Under the pieces are notes generated by a model that worked only from the letters and a program-made list of their open reading frames with translations, ran no database searches and had not been told where the DNA came from. Both the position numbers and the translations under genes were made by a program. From contig JAJNBD010000007.1 of assembly GCA_021156105.1 (NCBI GenBank), positions 52,945 through 116,944 of the forward strand: 64,000 bases of DNA, given 5' to 3'. Below are positions 52,195 through 62,928 of the stretch, piece by piece; the first letter of the stretch is position 1; the number at the start of each line of letters is the position of its first letter. This DNA is from Gammaproteobacteria bacterium. GTDB taxonomy: Bacteria > Pseudomonadota > Gammaproteobacteria > CAISUE01.

Positions 52195-53361
52195 ATGTCA
52201 TATTTTACAGAACTCTTTGCGTTGGCGAGCATTGCTCACGAGCGCATTACTGCTGAAAAACAAAACCAGCAACCACTTAAAAGCGTTTCACCTGAAGTTA
52301 TCATGAGGACGCTGCATTCATTTAGCTGCGCTATCACAGCCCCTATGCTTGTTGCGACAGCCTTAACTTGTATTATTAATTTGCAGTACTTAAAAAATGG
52401 TATTGGTAAAGAAGGCTTGGAGAAAACGAAAAATCGCTTTGCTAAACTCTATTATATCTTTACAGATGGTTTAGAAAGCAATGTTAAAAGTAGCCTCTCA
52501 AGAAATGGCATTAACATCATACTAAGCCAAACCGCCCGCGAGGAAGAGCTTTCTTCTACCATGATTAAAGAAAAACAACTCGGCGAAAAAATGCTACCCG
52601 CTAAAGGACTTATGCTTCAAACAGGTTTGGCATCTTTTGCCGGTATTACTAGCGCTCTTGTAACTTCACCTTTTACAGCAAATAATGTCTTCCAAAAAAT
52701 GAATCCTGCGTTTGGTAAATTAAAGTTTATCGAGCAAATACAGGCTTCAAAATCAGCATTCTGGGTACGAGCTCTTGATAGCCAGCTTAATGCCATCGCT
52801 TTTATGACGTTAGCCCCTTATCTAAAAAGCCTTTTACAGCAGCACTGTTTTTTATCTGACTTCACAGCAGATACGGCGGGTTCTGCTTTAGCAGGCGGCA
52901 TTGCAGGATTATTAACCACCCCAACATATAACCTTGCACGCGGCGTAATGTCTCAAACTAAGGCAATAAGAACGGTAGAAGATAAGGTTATTTTTGAGAT
53001 GAACAGTACTTATAAAATATTAAAAGACGAATATCTACGAGGAAAGAGAAAATTTTTTAGTGGTGCTGTGGCCAACGTTTGTAAAGGTAGCCTAGCTTTG
53101 CCTTTAATCATTTTGGCCGATAAAGGCTTAGATTTTGTTATCTTTAAGCACTTATTTCCCATGATGGAAGCAAATCAAACGAAGCAACCGCTGCTTGAAG
53201 TGACACCAGAAGATACGATGCGTTCTGAAACAAAAGAAAAAACTGAAAAATCATCTCAGCTTCTGGGTCAGATTAGTGGCTTATTCTCAGTTAAACCATT
53301 ATCAACCCAAGAAGCTGATTATCTGCAACATACTTTGTATACAACACATTTTGATTTCTAA
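52195..53361 (+). CDS. hypothetical membrane protein, weakly mitochondrial-carrier-like
   Basis: Repeated G-x-x-A-G-x-x-A...P-x-x-x-x-x-R/K...Q patterns (AGGIAGLLTTPTYNLARGVMSQ). Degenerate. Confidence 0.3.
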   Translation: MSYFTELFALASIAHERITAEKQNQQPLKSVSPEVIMRTLHSFSCAITAPMLVATALTCIINLQYLKNGIGKEGLEKTKNRFAKLYYIFTDGLESNVKSSLSRNGINIILSQTAREEELSSTMIKEKQLGEKMLPAKGLMLQTGLASFAGITSALVTSPFTANNVFQKMNPAFGKLKFIEQIQASKSAFWVRALDSQLNAIAFMTLAPYLKSLLQQHCFLSDFTADTAGSALAGGIAGLLTTPTYNLARGVMSQTKAIRTVEDKVIFEMNSTYKILKDEYLRGKRKFFSGAVANVCKGSLALPLIILADKGLDFVIFKHLFPMMEANQTKQPLLEVTPEDTMRSETKEKTEKSSQLLGQISGLFSVKPLSTQEADYLQHTLYTTHFDF

Positions 53362-54011
53362 TGCGATTGTTCAACTTGCGCAACAGCTGCTTTAAACTCA
53401 GGCAGTTCATTGCCTTTTTCATCTTCAAACGGACCGGTCCAAAGCATAGCTGTTCCTGATTGTGTTTGAATGCTATGCGGATTGACGATCAAAATTGCAG
53501 GGACCGTTGCTACATTAATACTATCAATTAATTTGGCATTTGACGCTAATTCATTCGATACAACAGTACTTTTTGCCTTTGTTTGATATTGTGCAAAGGA
53601 AAGATTTAAAAATTTTTGCGCAAACGCTCCCATTTGACGCTCATCAAGTACCCCTATATAGCTCATGATGGCCTTATGCACCTTTAGCTCCTGCTCCTTG
53701 TTGCCCGCTAGCCTTGCCACAACAAGTGCAGTTGCGCCAGGTTCAGACCTAGGTCCTAAAAAAGGATAATTCACATAGAAGGGATGAAGCTTGTCATGAA
53801 TTTGCTGATCTCTTGCTCTGCAATAAGAACAATGCACATCAAAAAATTCAAAGTAATAGACCTTTTCTTTCGTTTTTTTGCCAGCATCTTTACCCATCAC
53901 GACTTTCAAACCCGCGGCAATATCTTGGGTTAAAGAAATCGATTGTGCACCATCAGCAAATGCCGCCAAAGGCAAGCAGGCGATGGCTAAAGCAAAAATA
54001 AGTTTACGCAT
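53358..54011 (-). CDS. DsbA-like periplasmic thiol:disulfide oxidoreductase
   Basis: Signal peptide. CSYC thioredoxin-fold active site. Confidence 0.6.
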   Translation of the reverse strand: MRKLIFALAIACLPLAAFADGAQSISLTQDIAAGLKVVMGKDAGKKTKEKVYYFEFFDVHCSYCRARDQQIHDKLHPFYVNYPFLGPRSEPGATALVVARLAGNKEQELKVHKAIMSYIGVLDERQMGAFAQKFLNLSFAQYQTKAKSTVVSNELASNAKLIDSINVATVPAILIVNPHSIQTQSGTAMLWTGPFEDEKGNELPEFKAAVAQVEQSH

Positions 54012-54216
54012 ATTTATTACCTCTTCTATTGCTATGCAAATTTTATCGAATGTTTACAGGATGATGTTAACAACAAGACCTATTTTAGCTTAACGACCAT
54101 ACAACCCCATATCAAGCTTTTATAAAATTACGGCTATAAATACCACTCTATCATTCTTCCAAATTTTATGCAAAACTGTTAAAGTTTAATAATTTAATTG
54201 TCGAAGAATACCCCTT

Positions 54217-55962
54217 ATGCGCACTTCAAACTTTTTTCTTGCAACTTTACGTGAAACACCTAGCGATGCTGACACTATCAGCCAACAGCTTATGCTGCGT
54301 GCCGGCTTAATCCGCAAACTTGCTTCTGGATTATATACCTGGCTACCCTTAGGCTTCCGTGTGCTGAAAAAAGTTGAACAAATCGTGCGGGAAGAGATGA
54401 ATGCCGCAGGCGCACAAGAGGTACTAATGCCCGCTGTACAACCAGCAGAATTATGGCAAGAATCTGGTCGTTGGGATCAATATGGTGCAGAATTATTACG
54501 CATTATTGATCGCCATGATCGCGCTTTTTGTTTTGGTCCAACGCATGAAGAAATTATTACTGATTTAGCACGCGGTGAGTTATCCAGCTACAAACAACTG
54601 CCTATCACTTTTTATCAAATTCAAACTAAATTCCGTGATGAGATACGTCCACGCTTTGGCGTCATGCGTGCGCGCGAATTCACCATGAAAGATGCTTATT
54701 CTTTTAATCTTGACCAAGATTCATTAGCCAAAACCTATCAAACTATGTATGACGCCTATAACAAAATTTTCAAGCGTCTTGGTTTGAAGTTTCGTGCTGT
54801 TGAAGCTGATACGGGCAGTATTGGTGGCAGTCGCTCTCATGAGTTTCAAGTATTAGCTCAATCCGGTGAAGATTTAATTTTTTATTCCAATGGTAGCGAT
54901 TATGCTGCTAACGTAGAACTTGCAACCACTATACCCTCCGCTAAACAAACACCTAGCGGCAAAGCTTGTGAAAAAATTGCAACACCTGAGCAAAAAACTA
55001 TTGCAGAAGTTAGTGAATTTTTAAAAGTATCGCCTGAGCGTACCGTTAAATGCGTGTTAGTGAAAGGCATGAAGGAACCTGTCATTGCCTTAGTGTTACG
55101 TGGTGATCATGAATTAAATGAAGTAAAAGCTACCAAGCTTGCTGAAGTTGTTAACCCTCTTACCATGGCAGACGCTAGTGATATTAGCAAAGCCTGTGGC
55201 TCAGAAGCCGGTTTTATTGGCCCGATTAATTCAAAAATTCCTTTCTTTGTCGATGCAGATGCAGCCAACTTAGCTGACTTTGTCTGCGGCGCAAATGAAA
55301 CAGGCTTCCATCTTATTAACGCTAATTGGCAAAACCTATCTGCCGATCAAATTAAGGATCTACGCAAAGTAGTGGTTGGCGATAAAAGCCCTGATGGCCA
55401 TGGCACACTTGAATCTGCACGAGGCATTGAAGTTGGCCATATTTTCCAGCTTGGCACTAAGTATTCTGCTGCGTTAAAAATGACTGTATTAAATGAAAAT
55501 GGTAAAGCCGTAACACCTCTGATGGGTTGTTATGGCATTGGTGTATCGCGTGTAATCGCAGCAGCTATCGAACAAAATCATGATGACAAAGGTATTATCT
55601 GGCCAAGCAGCATGGCGCCTTTCCAAGTGGCTTTAATCGGCATCAATATGCATCGATCCGAAGCCGTACAACTTAGAACGCAAGCTATTTATGAAACATT
55701 AACTGCTGCTGGTTTTGAAGTCCTTTGGGACGACCGCAATGAACGTCCAGGTGTGATGTTCGCCGACATGGAGCTTATTGGAATTCCACATCGTATTGTT
55801 GTCAGCGAAAAATTGCTTGCTGACAATTATGTCGAATATAAAAACCGCGCTACTGGCGAACAAGAAACCACTTCTTTTGAAGAAGTTCTGAAAAAATTAA
55901 AAACCCAAGGAAGAGAACATAGCAATGATGCTAACAAATCCAAAACAGTCGCTGCAAATTGA
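54217..55962 (+). CDS. proS: proline--tRNA ligase (bacterial type with editing insertion)
   Basis: Class II motifs. 581 aa with an INS editing domain. Typical N-terminus [15 protein letters not shown]. Confidence 0.95.
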   Translation: MRTSNFFLATLRETPSDADTISQQLMLRAGLIRKLASGLYTWLPLGFRVLKKVEQIVREEMNAAGAQEVLMPAVQPAELWQESGRWDQYGAELLRIIDRHDRAFCFGPTHEEIITDLARGELSSYKQLPITFYQIQTKFRDEIRPRFGVMRAREFTMKDAYSFNLDQDSLAKTYQTMYDAYNKIFKRLGLKFRAVEADTGSIGGSRSHEFQVLAQSGEDLIFYSNGSDYAANVELATTIPSAKQTPSGKACEKIATPEQKTIAEVSEFLKVSPERTVKCVLVKGMKEPVIALVLRGDHELNEVKATKLAEVVNPLTMADASDISKACGSEAGFIGPINSKIPFFVDADAANLADFVCGANETGFHLINANWQNLSADQIKDLRKVVVGDKSPDGHGTLESARGIEVGHIFQLGTKYSAALKMTVLNENGKAVTPLMGCYGIGVSRVIAAAIEQNHDDKGIIWPSSMAPFQVALIGINMHRSEAVQLRTQAIYETLTAAGFEVLWDDRNERPGVMFADMELIGIPHRIVVSEKLLADNYVEYKNRATGEQETTSFEEVLKKLKTQGREHSNDANKSKTVAAN

Positions 55963-57949
55963 TGCTTTCACTAGCAAAGAATGGTTAGAAACGAATGAAA
56001 CTGGCAGTTATGCTTCAAGTAGCTTAGTAGAATGCCACACACGTAAGTATCATGGCTTACTGGTGGCTAAACTACAAGCGCCTTATGGCAAATTTGTTTT
56101 GCTTTCAAAATTTGACGAGCAAGTATTGATTAACGACAGCTATATTCCTTTAAGCGTTAGTCAGTATTTAAATGCTTTAGATGCTCGCGGCTTTACAAAT
56201 TTTAACTGCTTTGATCTAGCAGCGAATCCTTGTTTCCGCTATGTTTGTAATGGATTAGAAATAACCAAAGAGTTACTTTTCTTAAATAGCAAAAACACTT
56301 TGCTAATCAAATATCGCATTCAACAACCAAATACAAACGCTAAACTGCTTTTGCGTCCGCTGCTAGCCTATCGTTCTTACCACGCACTCGCCAAAGCAAA
56401 TACAAATATTTGCAGCACAGCAACACTTTTAGAAAATGGCGTAACGTTTTCTCCCTACGAGGAAATGCCTAAGCTACGCCTATATGCCAACGGCCCCTTC
56501 AGTTTTAATGCTCAGCCCTACTGGTATTATGATTTTGCTTACCTTGAAGAAAAAGCGCGTGGTTATGATTACACGGAAGATTTATTTTCGCCAGGAAGTA
56601 TTGAGCTTAGCTTTGGTGAACAACAAGAAATTATTTTAGCTTGCTCCATTGAAGACGATCTTGAAACTGATTTAGCAAAACTATGGCACGATGAAATCGC
56701 GCGCCGGCAAGCTTTTGCCAAACAAGCTACGGCAAAAGAAGCGTCTTTGTGGCAACAGATTAAGCATCATCTTGGTTTCCGTGATCGCACCGCTAACCTT
56801 TTAGCCATCTTAAAACAACAGGCTTCACCTCAACTATTTGTTAATCCTAATAGCAACAATGCCGCTATCGTCGCAGGCTTCCACTGGTTCACAGAATGGG
56901 GCCGAGACACTATGATATCGCTACCTGGACTAACACTTTATTCAGGTTTAGAAAAAGTCTGCCTACAAATTCTTAGCTATTTTGCTAGCCATGAATATCA
57001 AGGCATTATCCCAAACCGTATCGCACCATTAGCAACTGACTCAGATGAACTCGATGCTGTTGATGCAAGCCTATGGTTTTGCTGGGCAGTGCAACAGTAC
57101 TACAGCAAAACAAAAGATTTAACCGGTATTCAAAAAAATCTTTGGCAAACCTTAAAAAACATTGTGTATTACTATCGCAAAGGAACGCTATTTAACATTA
57201 AACAAGCGGCAAATGGTTTAATTTATGCTGGCAGTCCAGAAATTAAACTTACCTGGATGGATGTTAAAATTAATAACCTTGCTTTAACGCCACGCAATGG
57301 TGCACCAGTAGAAGTCAACGCCTTATGGTATAACGCGCTTTGCTTTATTAATCAGTTAGCTGAAGCATTGCAAGATCCCATTGCCAAAGAACTTGCGCCA
57401 CTTATTCCCCAAGTGAAAAAAAGTTTTGTAGAAGTATTTTGGAATGCTCAATCTGACTGCCTGTATGATTTTGTGAATGAACATGAATCAAACGCACAAA
57501 TTCGTCCCAACCAAATTTTTGCGGTTTCTCTGCCTTATTCCCCGCTAGAGCTTAAGATGGCCCAAGCTGTGACAAATACCGTGCGTCAGCACTTGCTAAC
57601 CCCCTATGGTTTACGCACACTATCACCGCAAGACCCAGCTTACCATGCTGCTTATGAAGGCGACCAAACACAGCGCGATACAGCCTATCATAATGGCACT
57701 GCTTGGCCATGGCTGCTTGCTGCTTTTGGAGAAGCCTTATTAAAAACCCAAGGCTTGCTTGCTCGGCAAAGAGCCCGTAAAATTCTACAACCTTGCTTAC
57801 AAGCACTGTGGCAACACGTAACGGCACAAGCAGGTTTGGCTTGTGTTTCTGAAATTTTTGATGGTTCTGCGCCTTACAATGCACGCGGATGTATACAGCA
57901 GGCGTGGAGCGTAGGTGAACTCATTAGATTAATACAAATATTGCAATGA
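55925..57949 (+). CDS. glycogen-debranching-enzyme-like (amylo-alpha-1,6-glucosidase, GDE_N+GDE_C)
   Basis: N-terminal [28 protein letters not shown] (GDE_N). C-terminal (alpha/alpha)6 barrel motifs. Overlaps the proS end. Confidence 0.7.
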   Translation: MMLTNPKQSLQIDAFTSKEWLETNETGSYASSSLVECHTRKYHGLLVAKLQAPYGKFVLLSKFDEQVLINDSYIPLSVSQYLNALDARGFTNFNCFDLAANPCFRYVCNGLEITKELLFLNSKNTLLIKYRIQQPNTNAKLLLRPLLAYRSYHALAKANTNICSTATLLENGVTFSPYEEMPKLRLYANGPFSFNAQPYWYYDFAYLEEKARGYDYTEDLFSPGSIELSFGEQQEIILACSIEDDLETDLAKLWHDEIARRQAFAKQATAKEASLWQQIKHHLGFRDRTANLLAILKQQASPQLFVNPNSNNAAIVAGFHWFTEWGRDTMISLPGLTLYSGLEKVCLQILSYFASHEYQGIIPNRIAPLATDSDELDAVDASLWFCWAVQQYYSKTKDLTGIQKNLWQTLKNIVYYYRKGTLFNIKQAANGLIYAGSPEIKLTWMDVKINNLALTPRNGAPVEVNALWYNALCFINQLAEALQDPIAKELAPLIPQVKKSFVEVFWNAQSDCLYDFVNEHESNAQIRPNQIFAVSLPYSPLELKMAQAVTNTVRQHLLTPYGLRTLSPQDPAYHAAYEGDQTQRDTAYHNGTAWPWLLAAFGEALLKTQGLLARQRARKILQPCLQALWQHVTAQAGLACVSEIFDGSAPYNARGCIQQAWSVGELIRLIQILQ

Positions 57950-59139
57950 AAATTTTAATGTATGGCTGGGAATTTCCACCCTTGATCAGCGGAGGCTTAG
58001 GCGTTGCCTGCTATGGCATCGTGCAAAGCTTGCTAGCGGCAGGAGCAGAAGTTGAATTAGCCTTGCCTACGATTAGTGACCACCTTTTCACAAACGAGCA
58101 CCTCCACTATTTAAATGTGCTAGATGCAGACGTAGCTGGAGGACCAACACCACAGCCATTGTTACAACCTTATTTAAATGCTAACCAATATCTGTCGTTA
58201 AAAGAAAAACAGGTGCATGCAGCGCTTTATGGAAAGGATCTTTGGGAAGAAGTTCATCGCTATGCTGAAACTGCAGGAAAATTAGCACTGAATACACCTC
58301 ACGATATTATTCACGCACATGATTGGTTAACAATTTTAGCAGGTATGAAAGCTAAACAAATTAGCAATAAACCACTGGTATTTCATGTCCATGCTTTAGA
58401 AGTCGACCGCTGCCCACAGCATATTTATCAAGCGGTATTTGATATTGAAAAACTAGGCTTAGAAGCAGCAGATAGGATTATTGCCGTCAGCCAATACACT
58501 AAAAATATTATTATCGAAAAATACGGTATTGCCGCTGAAAAGATTTCCGTGGTCTACAATGGTCTTTTGACAACAGCAAAGAAATTACTAACCCCAAAAG
58601 CACAAAAGGATTATTTTACGGTGTTATTTTTAGGACGGCTTACTGAGCAAAAAGGCCCCTATTATTTTATTAAAGCGGCTGAAAAAGTTCTCTCTGTTCG
58701 TCAAGACGTTGAATTTGTCCTTGCTGGTGATGGAGATCAGCTGCCTGCGCTAATGCAGGAAACCGCACGTTTAGATATTTCTCAGCATATTCATTTCACC
58801 GGTTTTTTAGCTCCGCATGATGTTGGAAAAATTTATCAACTCAGCGATATCTATGTCATGCCCAGCGTTTCTGAACCTTTTGGCATCTCTTGCTTAGAAG
58901 CAGCTTCTTATCAATTACCAGTCATTATCTCTAAACAATCTGGCGTTTCTGAAGTACTAAGCCATGCATTAAAAGTAGACTACTGGGATACTGATAAACT
59001 TGCAGCATGCATTTTAGCTTTGTTGGAATATCCAGCGCTAAAAAAAGAAATGCTTATGCACTCTCATAAACAGCTCGCTAAACTCACATGGGATGAAGCT
59101 GCCAAAAATATTATTTCTGTTTATAACTCGCTTGCCTGA
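57946..59139 (+). CDS. GT4 glycosyltransferase, glycogen(alpha-glucan) synthase-like
   Basis: N-terminus [25 protein letters not shown]-terminal E-x7-E region. ATGA overlap with the upstream gene. Confidence 0.65.
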   Translation: MKILMYGWEFPPLISGGLGVACYGIVQSLLAAGAEVELALPTISDHLFTNEHLHYLNVLDADVAGGPTPQPLLQPYLNANQYLSLKEKQVHAALYGKDLWEEVHRYAETAGKLALNTPHDIIHAHDWLTILAGMKAKQISNKPLVFHVHALEVDRCPQHIYQAVFDIEKLGLEAADRIIAVSQYTKNIIIEKYGIAAEKISVVYNGLLTTAKKLLTPKAQKDYFTVLFLGRLTEQKGPYYFIKAAEKVLSVRQDVEFVLAGDGDQLPALMQETARLDISQHIHFTGFLAPHDVGKIYQLSDIYVMPSVSEPFGISCLEAASYQLPVIISKQSGVSEVLSHALKVDYWDTDKLAACILALLEYPALKKEMLMHSHKQLAKLTWDEAAKNIISVYNSLA

Positions 59140-59148
59140 GGAACTATC

Positions 59149-60330
59149 ATGCCATCTGTGTGTTTTTATTTTCAAGTACACCAGCCATTACGTTTAAGAC
59201 CCTATACTTTTTTTGATATTGGTCACCAAAGCCATTATGAAGACGATGCGCTTAATCAAGAAATTTTGTTAAAAGTCGCTAATAAGTGTTATTTACCCAC
59301 AAATGCACTCATTTTAAAACTTATTCAGCAAACCCAAGGCAGATTTAAAGTTGCTTATTCTATTAGCGGTGTAACTATTGAGCAATTTAAAAAATATAGT
59401 CCAGAAACACTAGACTCTTTCAAGCGCCTTGCGGATACTGGCTGCGTTGAAATGCTCAATGAAACGTATTACCACAGTTTAAGTTTTTTATTTTCACCAA
59501 AAGAATTTTTAGCTCAAGTACAGTTACATCGAGAATTAATTCAACAAGAGTTTGGCCAAACACCAACAACATTTCGCAACACTGAATTAATTTACAATAA
59601 TGACTTAGCGAAATTCGTTGAATCCTTAGGTTATCGCACTATCTTAGCTGAAGGCGCAGAAAAAATTCTTAACGGCCGTAGTCCAAACTTCGTTTATCAA
59701 GCACAAGGATGTAAACAATTAAAATTATTATTACGTAATTATCCCCTGTCAGATGATATCGCTTTCCGCTTTTCTAATATTGACTGGGAAGAACACCCAT
59801 TAACTGCAGAAAAGTTTTCGCATTGGGTTCACCAAACTGCGGGCAATGGTGAAGTGGTTAATCTTTTCATGGATTATGAAACTTTTGGTGAGCATCAATG
59901 GGAAGATAAAGGCATTTTTCAATTCCTTGCTGCTTTACCAAATAAAATTTTATCTCACGATGATTTTGATTTTTGCACTCCCCAGGAAGCAACCGCAAGA
60001 TATCCTTCTCATGGAATACTCGACGTACCTAACTTTTGCTCATGGGCAGATATCGATAGGGACCTCACCGCTTGGCGAGGTAATGAATTACAAGAGAGCG
60101 CTTTAAAGAACATCTATGAACTAGAAGCAGCGGTACACGCCCAGCAAGACGAAGCTTTGCTAAAAAAATGGCGGTCATTATTGACCTCCGACCACTTCTA
60201 TTATATGTGCACAAAATGGTGCGCAGATGGGGATGTTCATAAATACTTTAGCCATTATGACAACCCCTACGCTGCTTACATCAACTTTCAAAATGCCGCA
60301 AAAGATTTGCGTTTACGCTGCAGCCAATAG
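59149..60330 (+). CDS. glycoside hydrolase family 57 (branching-enzyme/alpha-amylase-like)
   Basis: CFYFQVHQP N-terminal motif and ETYYHS, typical of GH57. Confidence 0.7.
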   Translation: MPSVCFYFQVHQPLRLRPYTFFDIGHQSHYEDDALNQEILLKVANKCYLPTNALILKLIQQTQGRFKVAYSISGVTIEQFKKYSPETLDSFKRLADTGCVEMLNETYYHSLSFLFSPKEFLAQVQLHRELIQQEFGQTPTTFRNTELIYNNDLAKFVESLGYRTILAEGAEKILNGRSPNFVYQAQGCKQLKLLLRNYPLSDDIAFRFSNIDWEEHPLTAEKFSHWVHQTAGNGEVVNLFMDYETFGEHQWEDKGIFQFLAALPNKILSHDDFDFCTPQEATARYPSHGILDVPNFCSWADIDRDLTAWRGNELQESALKNIYELEAAVHAQQDEALLKKWRSLLTSDHFYYMCTKWCADGDVHKYFSHYDNPYAAYINFQNAAKDLRLRCSQ

Positions 60331-61767
60331 TTTTACTGTTTCTGCCCGAAGACGCACAGCAGTTAACAAAGTTGCATAACTCCAGGACAAATCCTGGGCG
60401 CTTATTTGCTTGCCGGACGCACGATCAATTTGCTCCGACATATGCAATGCACTGCCATCTTTATACGTTACGCTGCAAGCTTTTATCACTTGCAAAATAT
60501 CATCACCCTGAGTAACGAGTGTTTCAATTAATGCCTTAAAGCATGGTGAAGCTTTGCTAAGCTTATCTCCAATCGCAATATCAATTGCAGGCGCTACCTG
60601 TTGCAAAAATTGTTTTACCAAAAAGCTAACCGAAATACTATTTCCTTCGAGTAGTTGTTGAGCAAGACCATAATAGAAAGCCGCCAACATATTTGTACAC
60701 AAAAACCAGGAGTTGCCATAGATTGAATGGTTGCCATCGTAAACATCAGAACAGTATCTACCTACCAGAGAGCCACCAATACCAAGCGCTTTATTTCGAG
60801 TATTAATTTGATAAAGCCCTTCAAATGCATAGCGGGCATAATAGGCTGTGCTTATAACCTCTTCCGAGGTTAGAGCAAAATCATCATTCGCTTGCTTAAT
60901 TTGGCCATACAGTAAAGCAATAAGCACTGAAGTATTAATTCCACCGCCGCGCTGGTCTTGTGCCGCTAATGTTTCAGAAAAGTAACCCAGGCTATCATTC
61001 CAATGCATATTTAAAGCATTACCAATATGCTGCGCTTGTGTTTGATAATAGCTAGTCGCACCTGTATCACCTAACTGTGTGGCCAAAGCCGCGCCTTCCA
61101 ACAAAGCTCGTCGCTGTACAATTTGCACAGAGAAATGCAGACCAAATAATTCTTCCCAAGGTCCAATCGTATTTGCTTGCCAATTAGCCGCCGTATATTC
61201 TAAATTTGCTTTTAATATACTAGCAAAACTTTGAGGGTTATAAATGTTATCGATAACAAATTGTTTATTACCTTCTTGTAAAAAAATATTGGCAATATGG
61301 GTTAATGTCAGCGCTTGGTAAGCTGCACCATCATTTTGTGGTCTTGACCAAACTCCCGTCCAAAGCGTACCGTCTACATTAAACTTCGGTTCGCCTAAAA
61401 TATCAATGCTATTTAATTCAGGCTGCGATTGAACTTTTTTAACAAAATTCAAATAACAGAGTAAAATTTCTTTAAACTTATTTTTCTCTTGCGGATCTGT
61501 AGCAGTTTTATATAATACCGCAATTTCATTTATGACAATTGCACCATCTCTTACCCAGTAAAAAAAATAATCTTGGCTAAAGGTATTTCCCGGAAGCGAT
61601 GGCGAAGCAATTACGGCGCCTGGCATTGCTTCAATCGTAGCGCCAGTCGTTACTTTTGTTAACGCATGACTAGGTGTTGCAATATTATTTAGTAAATTAT
61701 TTTTAATGGCGTTAATATCTTCTGGCGTAAAAGGACAATTCTTTATAGTCATAGCATTAAACCCCAT
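60313..61767 (-). CDS. glycoside hydrolase family 15 (glucoamylase/glucodextranase-like), cytoplasmic
   Basis: (alpha/alpha)6 GH15 motifs (WVRDGA, GPWEE, WFLCT). No signal peptide. TAATG coupling with the upstream gene. Confidence 0.75.
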   Translation of the reverse strand: MGFNAMTIKNCPFTPEDINAIKNNLLNNIATPSHALTKVTTGATIEAMPGAVIASPSLPGNTFSQDYFFYWVRDGAIVINEIAVLYKTATDPQEKNKFKEILLCYLNFVKKVQSQPELNSIDILGEPKFNVDGTLWTGVWSRPQNDGAAYQALTLTHIANIFLQEGNKQFVIDNIYNPQSFASILKANLEYTAANWQANTIGPWEELFGLHFSVQIVQRRALLEGAALATQLGDTGATSYYQTQAQHIGNALNMHWNDSLGYFSETLAAQDQRGGGINTSVLIALLYGQIKQANDDFALTSEEVISTAYYARYAFEGLYQINTRNKALGIGGSLVGRYCSDVYDGNHSIYGNSWFLCTNMLAAFYYGLAQQLLEGNSISVSFLVKQFLQQVAPAIDIAIGDKLSKASPCFKALIETLVTQGDDILQVIKACSVTYKDGSALHMSEQIDRASGKQISAQDLSWSYATLLTAVRLRAETVKLLAAA

Positions 61768-62891
61768 TAAGAAATTTTTAAAACATTTTTGAAATTGTCA
61801 TTCGCTTGAAACAATAAGGTTTCATATTGCTCCATTGGAAACCTAACAATCAAAGTCTGCATCAACGCTGGCCACTTAGCTAAAAAATCGCCTAAATCAT
61901 CGATTGCTTTTTGATAATCCGCTTTAGCAGCATTCACCGTACCCACAAGCGCTTGGTTTTTTAGCACGAGATTACGCATAATGTCACCCACTGGCTCTGA
62001 CGCAACCACATCTGCTCGTGAAACACCTGTAAAAGCAAAGATACCATTAATACCTAAAACATCTACCATTTCAAAAGAGATTTTTGCGCCACCGGTTGCT
62101 TCAAAAACATAATCAACATTGCCGAGCATTGCGGCAAATTCAGGTATTGTTTTATCTTGGGCAGATACATAATGCGTGCCGATTGTTTTTGCAATATTGG
62201 CATGAGGAGAGTTTTCAGCTTCTAAAGAATAAACAAAAGTATTGAAACCCGCGTTAACAAAAACCATTGCGCCCAGTAAACCAACAGGCCCTGCGCCTAA
62301 GATAGCGGCACGATTATAATTTGCCAGCTTGCCAATATTGGCGCCTTGCCCTTGCGCAGAGTTTGTCCAAGGAAAGCGACTAGCGATAGGACATACCTGA
62401 CTCATGGCTTTTTCTGCAATTGTTAATGGCTCGGTAAGCACAGCAATCGGTAGTAATGCTTGTGGCGCAGGCAACATATAGCATTCTTCATCCACCACAA
62501 ATTCTGTCATAAAGCCATGCAGCCCTTTAATACCTCGCTCTTTGTAATCGCCGGTATAACAAAAATCTTGACGGCCTGATCGGCAAGCGATGCAATCGCT
62601 ATGATCACATGGCCGGCGAACCATCGTTACCACTAAATCACCAGGCTTAAATTTTGTAACGCCCGCCCCTACTTCAATAACTTGCCCCAGAGATTCATGG
62701 CCAAGAACAAGATAATCCGACCCCTCAGGCGGCGTTCCATAAGCAAAGCTACAAATTTCACGATCGGTACCGCAAATACCTACTTCAATAATTTTTAACT
62801 TCACTTGATTTGGTGAAGTAATTTGTGGTTCTGGATGGTTATCAATCAGCGTAACCCGTCGCTCTTTAGGAAAAACTGCTATCGCTTTCAT
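61767..62891 (-). CDS. zinc-dependent MDR-family dehydrogenase, glucose-1-dehydrogenase-like
   Basis: GICGTDREI and GHESLGQV zinc-binding motifs. Rossmann GxGxxG (GAGPVG). Confidence 0.7.
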   Translation of the reverse strand: MKAIAVFPKERRVTLIDNHPEPQITSPNQVKLKIIEVGICGTDREICSFAYGTPPEGSDYLVLGHESLGQVIEVGAGVTKFKPGDLVVTMVRRPCDHSDCIACRSGRQDFCYTGDYKERGIKGLHGFMTEFVVDEECYMLPAPQALLPIAVLTEPLTIAEKAMSQVCPIASRFPWTNSAQGQGANIGKLANYNRAAILGAGPVGLLGAMVFVNAGFNTFVYSLEAENSPHANIAKTIGTHYVSAQDKTIPEFAAMLGNVDYVFEATGGAKISFEMVDVLGINGIFAFTGVSRADVVASEPVGDIMRNLVLKNQALVGTVNAAKADYQKAIDDLGDFLAKWPALMQTLIVRFPMEQYETLLFQANDNFKNVLKIS

Positions 62892-62928
62892 AACATATCC
62901 TTAAAATAATTATTTATCAATTTCCAAG

